Source: an uncultured Verrucomicrobiae bacterium
Lineage (GTDB): Bacteria; Verrucomicrobiota; Verrucomicrobiia; Limisphaerales; JAFGQR01
Length of the DNA stretch: 64,000 bases
Assembly (NCBI GenBank): GCA_963788655.1
Contig: CAWBHS010000110.1
Span: 128,001-192,000, forward strand
Direction of reading: 5' to 3'
Position numbers and translations under genes: made by a program. This document shows, in pieces, positions 41,710 to 51,613 of the stretch (the stretch's first letter is position 1; each line of letters starts with the position of its first letter). The notes beneath the pieces were generated by a model. It did no database searches. It worked only from the letters and a program-made list of their open reading frames with translations, and was not told the DNA's origin.

Positions 41710-42129
41710 TCAGGCCGGTGCGACCAGCGGGATCACTTGGCGTTCGAAGCGGCGGTAAACCTGGAAATCCTGCTTGTCGAGGGTAAACACACGGCAATCG
41801 CGGTGCAATTCAGACATGCGCACCAAACAGGCATCCGCCAGTTGCATCTTCTGGTCGCTGTACTTCTCCAACAGGTGCGCCACCGGAGCGGCATGGTCTT
41901 CCAAGCGAAAGGGAGCGGCAATCACCTTACGTTCAAACAACGCCAGCACCTTTTCGCCCGGAAGCCCGGCATGTTCCCACAACAAATAGGTTGCTTCGGC
42001 CAGGACCGCTTCGCAGGTCAGCATGGGCACCGGGGCATGCGCCCATCGGTCCTTGGCCCATTCGTGATCGGCGTCGCTACGGTCAAAGAAGGCAACCAGC
42101 GGGCCAGTGTCCAGCAGCCACGCGGTCAT
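41710..42129 (-). CDS. vapC: PIN-domain toxin (VapC family)
   Basis: [28 protein letters not shown] acidic tetrad; start overlaps the antitoxin stop. Confidence 0.88.
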   Translation of the reverse strand: MTAWLLDTGPLVAFFDRSDADHEWAKDRWAHAPVPMLTCEAVLAEATYLLWEHAGLPGEKVLALFERKVIAAPFRLEDHAAPVAHLLEKYSDQKMQLADACLVRMSELHRDCRVFTLDKQDFQVYRRFERQVIPLVAPA

Positions 42130-42356
42130 CGCCCAAAGCCTTTCAGATGCTTCTGGTTCCGGGCCAGATCGCGCAAGCCGCTCTCGACACATCCGCACAA
42201 GTCCGCCGCCAGATCGAGCGCCGTCTGGCGCTGACGCTGCTGGTGCTGCTGGAGAATCTGCCGCACCAAAGCGGATTTCGGCTGGTGGGTGCGTTTAGCC
42301 TCGTTCTCCAACCATCCCAGCAATCCATCAGGCAGTTTCATCGTCAACGTCTTCAT
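42126..42356 (-). CDS. Ribbon-helix-helix (CopG-like) antitoxin
   Basis: MKTLTMKLPD...L...A.....KSALVRQIL; immediately upstream of the PIN gene. Confidence 0.82.
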   Translation of the reverse strand: MKTLTMKLPDGLLGWLENEAKRTHQPKSALVRQILQQHQQRQRQTALDLAADLCGCVESGLRDLARNQKHLKGFGR

Positions 42357-42532
42357 GACACGACAGTAACACCCGACTGCCAGAATGGCAATACTCGGAA
42401 AACATACTCAGGAAGGCACTCACGCAAAGAAATCCGACATCCGAGATTCAGAATCCGATTGACCGAATTCCATGCTTCTGAACGACTATGAGGCAACTCG
42501 TTTCCCAACTGTTCCGCTCGTGAAATGGAAAC

Positions 42533-44266
42533 TCAGGGCAAAGTGGGTAACAACTCAAGAATGCGCGACACGGCGGTGCCGATCTTGGCGGTTTCCAAAA
42601 CGTCGCCGCGGGGCTTCAATTCCACGACGCCTTTTTCCAGGGACTTCTCGCCAATGCCCACGCGGAGCGGAAAGCCGACCAATTCGGAATCCTTGAACTT
42701 CACGCCGGGCCGTTCGTTGCGGTCGTCCAGGATCACGTCCACGCCTTGGGCGCCCAGTTCGGCGTAAATCTTTTCGGCCAGCTGCATGACCGGGCTGTCG
42801 GGCGCGACATTCAGCGGCGTGATGCAAACCACGTAAGGCGCGACGGTGAGCGGCCACATGATGCCGTCCTTGTCGTTGGCACTGCTCGATCACGGCCTGC
42901 AACGTGCGCGTGACCCCGATGCCGTAGCAGCCCATGACGCACGGATTGCTGCTTGCCTTGTTCGTCCAGGAACAGCGCGTTCAGTTTCTCGCTGTACTTG
43001 GTGCCGAGCTTGAACACATGGCCGACTTCGATCGCCCGCCGGATTTTGAGCGGCTTGCCGCAGTGGCGGCACAGGTCTCGCCGGCCTGGACCGTGCGCAA
43101 GTCGGCCCAGTGCGTCACCTGGATGTCGCGCTCGATGGCGACGTGGCGCAAATGAAAACCATCCTCGTTCGCGCCGGTGGTCATGTCCGGCGGCCTCGCG
43201 CAAGACGCTCGTCGGCATAAACTGTTCAGCCCATTGACTCCCACCGCGCCCAGGCTGCCGGGATGCGCGCCGAGCGCGGCGAAGATTTCCTCGGCTTCGG
43301 CGGGACGAAGCTGCGTCGTGCCCAGCACGCCGGTCAGCTTGGCTTCGTTCAAGCTGGTCGTCGCCGCGCAGCAGAACCAGCACCGGTTTGCTGTCGGCCA
43401 TGTAAACCAGCGTCTTGATCTGTTGGTTCGGCCGCGACGTTGTACGGCGGCTTGCCAGCGCTTCGATGGTCGCCACGCCCGGCGTCGCAAACTTCTCGGC
43501 GCTGCGCCGGTGCCGGTTCGCGGGCGTGCGGCTTCAACGGACCCCGCTGGTGGCCTTTTCGACGATTGGCCGCGTAACCGCACGGCTTCGCAGATACACC
43601 ACTTCGTTCTCCCCGGTTTCCGCCGGCACCATGAATTCGTGCGAGAACTTGCCGCCAATCACGCCGGTGTCCGCCTCGACGGGAAAGGTCTTCAAGCCGC
43701 AACGTCGAAAGATGCGCACGTAGGCATCATACATCTTCTGGTAACTCACCTGCGCCGCCTCGTCGGTCACGTCGAAGCTGTAGGCGTCCTTCATGATGAA
43801 TTCCTTGGCGCGCATCAGGCCGAAGCGCGGGCGGATTTCATCCCGGAACTTGACCTGGATCTGGTAGAAATTCTTCGGCAGTTGCCGGTAGGAATTGATT
43901 TCGCCGGCCGCCAGCGTGGTGATGACTTCCTCGTGCGTCGGGCCCGAGCACCCATTCCTTCTTGGCGCGGTCGCGCACTTTGTAGAGCACGTCGGCCGCC
44001 GTCTCGTAGCGGCCGCTTTGCTGCCAGATTTCGGGCGGCTGCAAGCGCGGGCATGAGGACTTCGATGCGCGCCGGCCCGGTCCATTTCCTCGCGGACGAT
44101 TTGCTCGATCTTGTGCAGCGCGCGCAGCGCCCAGCGGCAGGAACGTGTAGAGGCCGCCGGTGAGCTTGCGGATCAGGCCGGCCCGCAGGAGCAGTTTGTG
44201 CGACAGGATTTCGGCGTCGGCCGGGGTTTCCTTGAGAGTGGGAATGAGTGTTTGAGTCCAGCGCAT
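42533..44266 (-). CDS. proS: Proline--tRNA ligase with editing insertion, many frameshifts
   Basis: [85 protein letters not shown]. Confidence 0.95.
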
Positions 44267-44346
44267 GAGAAGAGGCGGTTGGCGAGGCGGAAGGGTTGCG
44301 ACCGAGGCCCGGCCAGACCTTCAACCGTCGCCTGCTTGTTGACGGA

Positions 44347-45102
44347 TTACTTCACGGAGTTCACCAGCGGGGTGAGTCCCTGGATCCGCACTTCGAGACG
44401 ATCCCCGGATTCAATCGGGCCGATGCCGCTGGGCGTGCCGGTCAGGATGACGTCGCCCGGCAGCAAGGTCATATTGGTCGAGACGAAACTGACCAATTCG
44501 TAACAATTGAAAATGAGCTGACTGGTGTTGGAGTTCTGCCGCAATTGGCCGTTTTGGAAGAGTTGAATCGTCAGCTTGTGTGGATCGAACTTGGTTTCCA
44601 CGTAAGGTCCCAGCGGAGTGAACGTATCGAACGATTTGCAGCGCGCCCATTGCCCGTCGGCTTCCTGGATGGTGCGGTCGGTGATATCTTGCGCCGCCGT
44701 GTAACCAAAGATGTAGCGGGCCGCTGCGGCGGAGGTCACGTTGCGCACGCGCCGGCCAATGACAATCGCCAGTTCGGCTTCATAGTCCGTGCGGTGGTTT
44801 GGGAAAGGGATTTCAATTTTGCCGCCGTCCGGCGTGAGGGAAGTGGGCGCTTTCAGCCAGAACAGGGGTTCCTTCGGCAATGGATTCTCGGTTTCGCGCG
44901 CGTGATCGGCGTAATTCAGCCCGACGGCGATCACCTTGGAGGCGTTCACCGGAGTCAAGGTTCGCAAGCCTTTGAACGGGGTGGGCTTCTTGTCGAACGA
45001 AGGCGATCCAAACACATCGCCGCGCAGTCGAAACAATTCGCCGTCCACGACCTTCGCGTGGAAAATATCGTCGCCTTTTTGAAATCGCCCAATTGCTGCC
45101 AT
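44347..45102 (-). CDS. Fumarylacetoacetate hydrolase family protein
   Basis: VGLNYADH, DYEAELAIVIG, KSFDTFTPLGP, LLPGDVILTGTPSG. Confidence 0.92.
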   Translation of the reverse strand: MAAIGRFQKGDDIFHAKVVDGELFRLRGDVFGSPSFDKKPTPFKGLRTLTPVNASKVIAVGLNYADHARETENPLPKEPLFWLKAPTSLTPDGGKIEIPFPNHRTDYEAELAIVIGRRVRNVTSAAAARYIFGYTAAQDITDRTIQEADGQWARCKSFDTFTPLGPYVETKFDPHKLTIQLFQNGQLRQNSNTSQLIFNCYELVSFVSTNMTLLPGDVILTGTPSGIGPIESGDRLEVRIQGLTPLVNSVK

Positions 45103-45335
45103 AAATTTGTGGGGGAATTTGTAGCAAATTGGCTCATACCGTCGCAAGCTCTAAGTCCAAAACCACGCGAACGGCTCGGCGTCGATTGTGAAATGTCCTA
45201 ACCGTCCACCTCGGCAAACCGCCGGTTTCACGCGGATTTTCCCGTCCCAATATCGCGCAAGGTCCGGTTCGTTTGCTGGTGCGCCCAAGCCATATCCATT
45301 CAGTAGCTGGAGCAGCGATGACGCGATTTGGCGCG

Positions 45336-45468
45336 GTAGGAAAGGCGTCTCGCCGGTCTCGAATAGCCAAGCACATCCTCCCCTGATGGTGACCTGAAAA
45401 GATTTCCTACGCCGCGGTGCAAATCGATGGTTGGCAGTCGTTCGAGACAGGCGGGACGCCTGTCCTAC
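45336..45468. repeat. REP-like doublet, family D
   Basis: ggtaggaaaggcgtctcgccggtctc ... gagacaggcgggacgcctgtcctac. Confidence 0.8.
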
Positions 45469-45670
45469 TGAATAGTCACGGCCAAGCGCATTGGACACTA
45501 TCCCGGCCAATTGTTTGCGGGGAGTCACTTGGTTCATTGATCAGGCGGGGAAACTACTGCGACTACTTCCCCTATTGGAAATAAAACCGCCGCCGCGGAC
45601 GCAGCCGTTTTACGGGCGTTTTGTCCGGCAGCGGCGGTCTGCCTGTCACAATTCGGTTCTGATCCGGCGC

Positions 45671-45865
45671 CTATGACTGCGCTTCTTGGTGCTGCATCTC
45701 GGCGACCAGATCTTTTTCGGCGAGCACCCAATCCTCCAGCGTCAACTCTTCCCGTTCCAGTTTGTCCCGGTAAAGTTCATAGGCATGTTGACGAACCATT
45801 GCCCGGGTCACGCCCGGCGTGAAGGTTTTCGGTTGTTCCGCTTTATTCTGCATCTTTGCTTTCAT
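45671..45865 (-). CDS. Small DUF2934-like protein
   Basis: 64 aa; VRQHAYELY.......EDWVLAE pattern; aggaaggag RBS upstream on the minus strand. Confidence 0.7.
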   Translation of the reverse strand: MKAKMQNKAEQPKTFTPGVTRAMVRQHAYELYRDKLEREELTLEDWVLAEKDLVAEMQHQEAQS

Positions 45866-45988
45866 CGTTGTTCTCCTTCCTGAGCCGTCTGATTAATTTT
45901 ACCTAAACGTAATCCCCTTCGGGTCAGATGCAAAGGTGTCGGGTCAAAATTTTTCGCTCTGGACATACCGCGGTTTGGTCTGACCGCA

Positions 45989-46357
45989 TCAAAAGTTCGC
46001 CGGTGACAAGCCGATTCCCAAAATGCTGCAGGCTTGAACGATGTTCAAACCCAGGCGACTCGCCTCCGCCAGGACTGCTTCGGACTCGGCACCGGGATTC
46101 AGCCAAAGTTCGTCGCACCCTTTGGCGGCAATTTGTGGCAACAGACGCAGCAGCGTTTGAGGCGGCACATAAACGCTGACGATCCCTGGCCGAAGCGGCA
46201 AGTCCACCACCGACTTGTAAGCGGCCAAACCTTCAATTTCGGTCGCCTGCGGGTTGACCGGGTAAACCGTATAACCCGCCTGCCGATACGCCCGAACCGC
46301 CTTGTTCCCGTATTTGGCGCGATTCGTTGAAGCCCCGATGATGGCAATTGTTTTCAT
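45989..46357 (-). CDS. CoA-binding protein (YccU-like)
   Basis: IAIIGAS....YG, VYPVNP, WLNPGAES, C-terminal C. Confidence 0.88.
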   Translation of the reverse strand: MKTIAIIGASTNRAKYGNKAVRAYRQAGYTVYPVNPQATEIEGLAAYKSVVDLPLRPGIVSVYVPPQTLLRLLPQIAAKGCDELWLNPGAESEAVLAEASRLGLNIVQACSILGIGLSPANF

Positions 46358-46586
46358 GGGCTTTAATATGACTGAATACGTTCCGGCAGCAACGCGTGCT
46401 TCCCGCAGGCGCACCGAGGTGTTTCCAGTTTTGAGCGAATACTTGGTTGCCGTGCAAATGCATGCTATGATCACCCCCGCGAGATACGCTTCTGGGCTGA
46501 AAGATCGGCTCAAAATTAATCAAATTCGGGAGTTGACACCCGGTTGGGTTTTTGGTGGTATCTCCGTTCCTTTAGGCTAAAAAGTT

Positions 46587-46898
46587 ATGTACGCCGTCAT
46601 AGAAACTGGTGGAAAACAATATCGGGTCGCCCCCGGCGACACTTTGGAAGTGGAACGTCTGACTGCTGAGGCAGGGCAGCCGGTGACCTTTGAACGCGTT
46701 TTGTTTGCCGAGAACGAGGGGCAATTCTCCGTCGGCGCTCCCTCGCTGGCCAATGCCAGCGTGGTGGCCGATGTGGTGGAGCATTTCCGCGGCAAGAAGG
46801 TGACCTCCTTCAAAATGAAACGCCGCAAAGGGTATCATCGCACCATCGGGCACCGGCAGGAGTTAACGCGCGTGAAAATCGCGGAAATCAAGCTTTAG
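46587..46898 (+). CDS. rplU: 50S ribosomal protein L21
   Basis: [14 protein letters not shown]...GHRQ.LT. Confidence 0.98.
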   Translation: MYAVIETGGKQYRVAPGDTLEVERLTAEAGQPVTFERVLFAENEGQFSVGAPSLANASVVADVVEHFRGKKVTSFKMKRRKGYHRTIGHRQELTRVKIAEIKL

Positions 46899-46903
46899 AA
46901 GTT

Positions 46904-47185
46904 ATGGCACATAAGAAAGGACAAGGCAGCTCACGTAATGGCCGGGACAGCAATAGCAAGCGTCTCGGGGTCAAACGGTTTGGCGGGGAACAAGTCACCG
47001 CGGGCAGCATCATCGTGCGGCAGCGGGGTTCCAAATTTCACGCCGGCAAAAACGTGGGCACCGGTCGCGATTGGACGCTGTTCGCGTTGGTGGACGGCAA
47101 AGTCGCCTTCGACCGCGCCAACCGCCGGATTGCCGTGCAACCGATTTCGCCAGCCCAACCCGCGTCCGCTGGGGAAAACAACTAA
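46904..47185 (+). CDS. rpmA: 50S ribosomal protein L27
   Basis: [24 protein letters not shown]. Confidence 0.98.
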   Translation: MAHKKGQGSSRNGRDSNSKRLGVKRFGGEQVTAGSIIVRQRGSKFHAGKNVGTGRDWTLFALVDGKVAFDRANRRIAVQPISPAQPASAGENN

Positions 47186-47205
47186 GGTCGGCAATTTAAT
47201 TCTTC

Positions 47206-47237
47206 ATGGCGAGGTCATGGACCTCGCCATTTTTATT
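47206..47237 (+). terminator. Rho-independent terminator after rpmA
   Basis: 11-bp stem atggcgaggtc/gacctcgccat followed by ttttatt. Confidence 0.75.
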
Positions 47238-47368
47238 GCGGGAACTGCTTGCCTCACGCTGGCCAACGAACGCAAACGGCGGTCAACGGCCAGGGAAACG
47301 GTTGCCCCGGACAGATTGGGCGATTGAATCATGACCGCTGGGTGCTGCCAGCCTGAAACCTAACGCTC

Positions 47369-48550
47369 ATGTTTATTGATCAAATCAAGATATTCGCCCG
47401 GGCCGGCCACGGCGGCAAAGGTTGTGTGGCTTTCCTGCGTGAGACGTTTCGGCCCAAAGGCGGCCCCTCGGGGGGCAACGGCGGTCGCGGCGGCGACGTG
47501 ATTCTGGAAGCCAACCACGACTTAAACAACCTGATTGCCCAGTTTTATCAACCCCGCCTGATCGCCCAAAAAGGCGAGCAAGGCATGGGCAAAGGCATGG
47601 ACGGCAAAGCCGGTAAAGATCTAGTCATCAAGGTTCCCTGCGGCACGCTGGTCTGGAAACGTCCGGGCAAAGAGCCCGCTGCGGAATCGCCTCCCCAGGA
47701 AACTCCGCCGGAATCCGATCCCCAGCATCTGCCCTTGAGCACCGGCCAACGGCCTTTGCTGCGCCATGCCGGCAGTTTGACCGCTGTAGAATACGATTTT
47801 TCTGCCGAAGGTGAAGACGCCGAAGCGCGGCAGGTCGATGCCGAAAAAGGCGAACTGGTGGCCGACCTCACCGAGCACGGTCAGCAGTTTGTGCTGTGCC
47901 AAGGGGGCCGTGGCGGATTGGGCAATCGGAATTTTGCCACTGCCACCCGCCAGGCGCCGCGGTTTGCGCAACCGGGCGAACCGGGCGATGAAGGAGATTT
48001 TCTTCTGGAACTCCGGCTCATGGCCGAAGTGGGATTGGTCGGCTATCCGAACGCCGGCAAGTCCACGCTGCTGGCCGCCATTTCCCACGCACGACCGAAG
48101 GTTGCGCCTTATCCATTTACCACGCTGCACCCCCAGATCGGCATCGTCGAGTACGCCGATTTTCATCGGCTGACCGTTTGCGACGTGCCGGGCTTGATTG
48201 AAGGCGCCCACCGCAACGTCGGATTGGGGCACGCGTTCTTGCGCCACTTGCAGCGATGCAAGGCGCTCGTGCTGCTGGTGGACATGGCCGGCACGGACAA
48301 CCGCGCGCCGTGGGACGACTACCGGCAATTGGTCCGCGAACTGGAACTGTATGACTCCAGCCTCTTGGAACGGCCGCGGTTGATCGCCGCCAACAAGATG
48401 GATGAACCGGCGGCCGAGGAGAACTTGAAACAGTTCAAACGCCGGATTCGCAAAATGCCGGTGCTGCCCCTGTCGGCCGCCTTCGATGAAGGAATTGAAC
48501 CCTTCAAACTGGCCATCCGGGAAATGGTGGAGGCCGTGGCTTCGGACTAA
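47369..48550 (+). CDS. obgE: GTPase ObgE/CgtA
   Basis: Gly-rich Obg fold; GYPNAGKST; YPFTT; DVPGLIEGA; NKMD. Confidence 0.97.
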   Translation: MFIDQIKIFARAGHGGKGCVAFLRETFRPKGGPSGGNGGRGGDVILEANHDLNNLIAQFYQPRLIAQKGEQGMGKGMDGKAGKDLVIKVPCGTLVWKRPGKEPAAESPPQETPPESDPQHLPLSTGQRPLLRHAGSLTAVEYDFSAEGEDAEARQVDAEKGELVADLTEHGQQFVLCQGGRGGLGNRNFATATRQAPRFAQPGEPGDEGDFLLELRLMAEVGLVGYPNAGKSTLLAAISHARPKVAPYPFTTLHPQIGIVEYADFHRLTVCDVPGLIEGAHRNVGLGHAFLRHLQRCKALVLLVDMAGTDNRAPWDDYRQLVRELELYDSSLLERPRLIAANKMDEPAAEENLKQFKRRIRKMPVLPLSAAFDEGIEPFKLAIREMVEAVASD

Positions 48551-48558
48551 GCGCTGGA

Positions 48559-49560
48559 TCAGACCCCGCCTTCCAATACCAACTTGCCGAATTGGCTGGA
48601 GGATTTCATTCGTTCGAGGGCCTGGTTGCCTTCGGCCAAGGGCAGCACTTCGTCAACGACTGGTTTAAGCTGATGCTGATTCACAAACTCCACCATCCTC
48701 TGGAATTCCTCCGGGGAACCCATGGTGGAGCCAATGAGATGGAGCTGCTTCCAGAACAGTTTGAACAAGTCGAGCCGGGGAGGCGGTCCGGCGGTCGCAC
48801 CGTAGTTTACGATCCGCCCACCCGGTCCCGCTACTTCCAACAAGCTTCCGTAACCAGGCCCGCCGGCGCTGTCGAGGATCATGTCCGCTGCGCCATAAAC
48901 GTTCTGAAATTCTTGGCCCCAACCTTCATTGGTGTAGTCGAAACCGGCCACGGCGCCCAGCTCAACCGCCCGCTGAATTTTGTGCGGCGAGGAAGAGGTC
49001 ACCCAGACCTGTGCTCCCGCGGCCGCGCCGAATTGCAGTGCGAAACTGGCCACGCCACCGCCAATCCCGGTGACCAACAGTTTCTCGCCGGCTCGCAGTT
49101 TCCCCTGGGTAAACAGCGCCCGGTACGCCGTCAAGCCAGCCAGGGGAAGCGCGGCGGCTTCCGGCCAGCTCAAATGGGCCGGCTTGAGGTGCAACAGAGT
49201 GGCGGATACGATGATTTCCGTGGCGAACGTTCCGTCGTTCGGCATGCCCAAAATGTGGAAGTCGCTGCTTTGGGCGGCGGGATTCTGTCCCCATTCCATG
49301 CCGGGGTTCAAGATGACTTCCTTCCCTTGCCATGAGCTTTCCACGGCGGGCCCGGTCTTGACCACCAAACCGGCGCCATCCGAGCCGAGAATGCACGGGG
49401 ATTTGATGCCCGGATACTTTCCTTGGGTGATCCAATAATCGCGGCGGTTCAATGAGGCCGCCTTGAGTTGCACTACGACTTGACCTGCTTGCGGCGTTGG
49501 CGCTGGTCGCTCTTGCAGTTGAAGTGGTTGGTTGGTGCCGACAAAAACCAATGCTTTCAT
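48559..49560 (-). CDS. MDR-superfamily NAD(P)H:quinone oxidoreductase-like protein
   Basis: SLNRRD, LGSDGAG.V, GIGGGVA, YGATAG, GSTMGS, FGKLV. Confidence 0.88.
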   Translation of the reverse strand: MKALVFVGTNQPLQLQERPAPTPQAGQVVVQLKAASLNRRDYWITQGKYPGIKSPCILGSDGAGLVVKTGPAVESSWQGKEVILNPGMEWGQNPAAQSSDFHILGMPNDGTFATEIIVSATLLHLKPAHLSWPEAAALPLAGLTAYRALFTQGKLRAGEKLLVTGIGGGVASFALQFGAAAGAQVWVTSSSPHKIQRAVELGAVAGFDYTNEGWGQEFQNVYGAADMILDSAGGPGYGSLLEVAGPGGRIVNYGATAGPPPRLDLFKLFWKQLHLIGSTMGSPEEFQRMVEFVNQHQLKPVVDEVLPLAEGNQALERMKSSSQFGKLVLEGGV

Positions 49561-49953
49561 ATTATTCCTTTCGCTTCACCGGTGGATTGTGCCATGGAAT
49601 CACCAGTGCCGGCGCACCGGGGACTCCCGAAAATCCGTTGCACCATTGCCAATGGTGCTAGGCTGAGCTTACTTCGGTTTGGGGGCAATTGGCAAACAAT
49701 GGGAGACGGATCGATACTCCATGAGCGATCCAAATTTCCACGGCTGCGACGATTGGTTCGAGGATGGGTTTTGATAACAGATTGGGCTGGCGTCCCGCCT
49801 ATCCTGAAGTTGCCATGAACGTCGTTGGAGCTCCGGAACGGCATTTGTTGGTGGAGCGATTTTCCGCGGCGAGACAGTCGGGACGGATTTCCGTTCGTGG
49901 TGGCTGGCGAATCCAGCTTGCCCCGGCAGGCAATTTTAGACTACAACTGCGGC

Positions 49954-51432
49954 ATGGCCAAAGTCCTGGTAGTCGATGACGAAGTGACCATGATCCAAAT
50001 GGTGACTGAAATGCTTCGTTCACAAGGCCATGAAGTCATCCCCTGCAATAACGGCAATGCCGCGGCGGAATTGATTGAAACCCACAGCCCGGAGCTGGTG
50101 ATTACCGACTTGAACCTCGAGAAGTCGCGCACCCAGGGACTCGACATCTTGCACAAAGCACGGTCGCTCAATCCGCCGGCCACCGTGATTGTGATCACCG
50201 GCTTTGGCACTGTGGAAACTGCCGTCGAAGCGATGAAGATGGGCGCCTTCGATTACCTCGAAAAGCCGTTCAAAATGGAGGATTTTCGGCTCTGCGTCGA
50301 ACGGACGTTGTCGTACAACCAGGCGATTTCCGAAAACGTCTATCTACGCAAGCAACTCCGCAGCAAGTTCCAATTCAACCGCATCATCGGCGCCTCTTCC
50401 AAGATGCAGGAAGTCTTTCGGATGATCGAGCGCGTGGCGGATACGGACAGCACGGTGTTGTTGCTGGGTGAGAGCGGCACGGGCAAGGAACTGGTCGCGC
50501 GTGCGCTGCACTTCAACAGTCGGCGCCAATTTGCGCCCTTTGTGCCCGTCAATTGCAGCGCGCTTCCGGAAAACCTGCTCGAATCCGAATTGTTTGGGCA
50601 TCGCAAGGGCGCGTTTACCGGTGCGATCAACGACAAGAAGGGCCTGTTCCAGGAAGCCGACGGTGGTACCATCTTTCTGGACGAAATCGGTTCCATGTCG
50701 CCCCTGCTTCAAAGCCGTCTTTTGCGCGTGTTGCAGGATCGCGAAGTGCGGCGGGTTGGGGACAACACGCCCACCTACGTCAATGTGCGCGTATTGGCGG
50801 CCACCAATGAACCACTGGAAAAACGGCTCCGCGAAGGCACATTTCGCGAAGATCTTTACTATCGCATCAACGTCATTCCCTTGCAGTTGCCGCCATTGCG
50901 GGAACGGCTGGATGACATTCCACTGTTGGTTGGACATTTCTTGAAGAACAAACTTCACGTTCGTACCGGCCAACCGTTCAAGGTCACCCGACGGGCCATG
51001 GAAGCTTTGGGAGCGTATCCGTGGCCCGGGAACGTGCGCGAGTTGGAAAATACCGTTGAGCGCACCTGCGCCTTGAGCGAAGACCACTTGGTCAAGGTGG
51101 CTGATCTGCCGCCGGCCATGCAAGAGGGTGCCCCCCCGGATAATGACGAATCCGAAACCGATACTGATGAAACCGTCCAACGCGTGGTTTCCGGGGCGGC
51201 AGGCGCCTCCACCCCGTCGAACGCCCCTTCGGCCGATGGGCCAGCTCAGGGCCCCATTGCGGCACCCAGCCCGATTTTGAAACCACTCAAAGACTTCCTA
51301 CGGGAACAGGAAATGGCTTACCTGCACCGGGCTTTGACCCATACGAGTGGTGATAAGGAGCGGGCGGCTGAATTGCTGGGCATCAGCCTGGCCACGTTGT
51401 ATCGCCGGTTGGCGGAAGCCGAGGAAGGATGA
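49954..51432 (+). CDS. Sigma-54-dependent response regulator (NtrC/AtoC family)
   Basis: Receiver VVDDE..ITD; GESGTGKE; ESELFGH; GAFTGA; FLDEI; WPGNVREL; Fis-type HTH. Confidence 0.95.
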   Translation: MAKVLVVDDEVTMIQMVTEMLRSQGHEVIPCNNGNAAAELIETHSPELVITDLNLEKSRTQGLDILHKARSLNPPATVIVITGFGTVETAVEAMKMGAFDYLEKPFKMEDFRLCVERTLSYNQAISENVYLRKQLRSKFQFNRIIGASSKMQEVFRMIERVADTDSTVLLLGESGTGKELVARALHFNSRRQFAPFVPVNCSALPENLLESELFGHRKGAFTGAINDKKGLFQEADGGTIFLDEIGSMSPLLQSRLLRVLQDREVRRVGDNTPTYVNVRVLAATNEPLEKRLREGTFREDLYYRINVIPLQLPPLRERLDDIPLLVGHFLKNKLHVRTGQPFKVTRRAMEALGAYPWPGNVRELENTVERTCALSEDHLVKVADLPPAMQEGAPPDNDESETDTDETVQRVVSGAAGASTPSNAPSADGPAQGPIAAPSPILKPLKDFLREQEMAYLHRALTHTSGDKERAAELLGISLATLYRRLAEAEEG

Positions 51433-51438
51433 CCGGAG

Positions 51439-51525
51439 GGAAATCCGAACCCCCGAAATCCGAAAGCCGCTGGCATGAACGCGGAGGCAATCGGGGTGTT
51501 TTCGGATTTCGGCCTTCGGATTTTT
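51439..51525. repeat. Heptamer-periodic inverted repeat (AATCCGA/TCGGATT)
   Basis: aaatccgaacccccgaaatccgaaag ... tttcggatttcggccttcggattt; half-copies near 36670-36710 and 42428-42460. Confidence 0.65.
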
Positions 51526-51613
51526 TGTTGTGATTTAGGCCAACCGATGTCCTACTATCCGCTTTCCTTCGCAGTTCGGCTGCGCAGGTTTGTGAACTTT
51601 AAGCTGAAATATT

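Noticed and set aside
42533..44266. proS (and hom, thrC, araB) as pseudogenes or programmed frameshift sites
   Set aside because: Essential or strongly conserved motifs are intact, and the indels are numerous without a consistent slippery site; sequencing or assembly error is more likely
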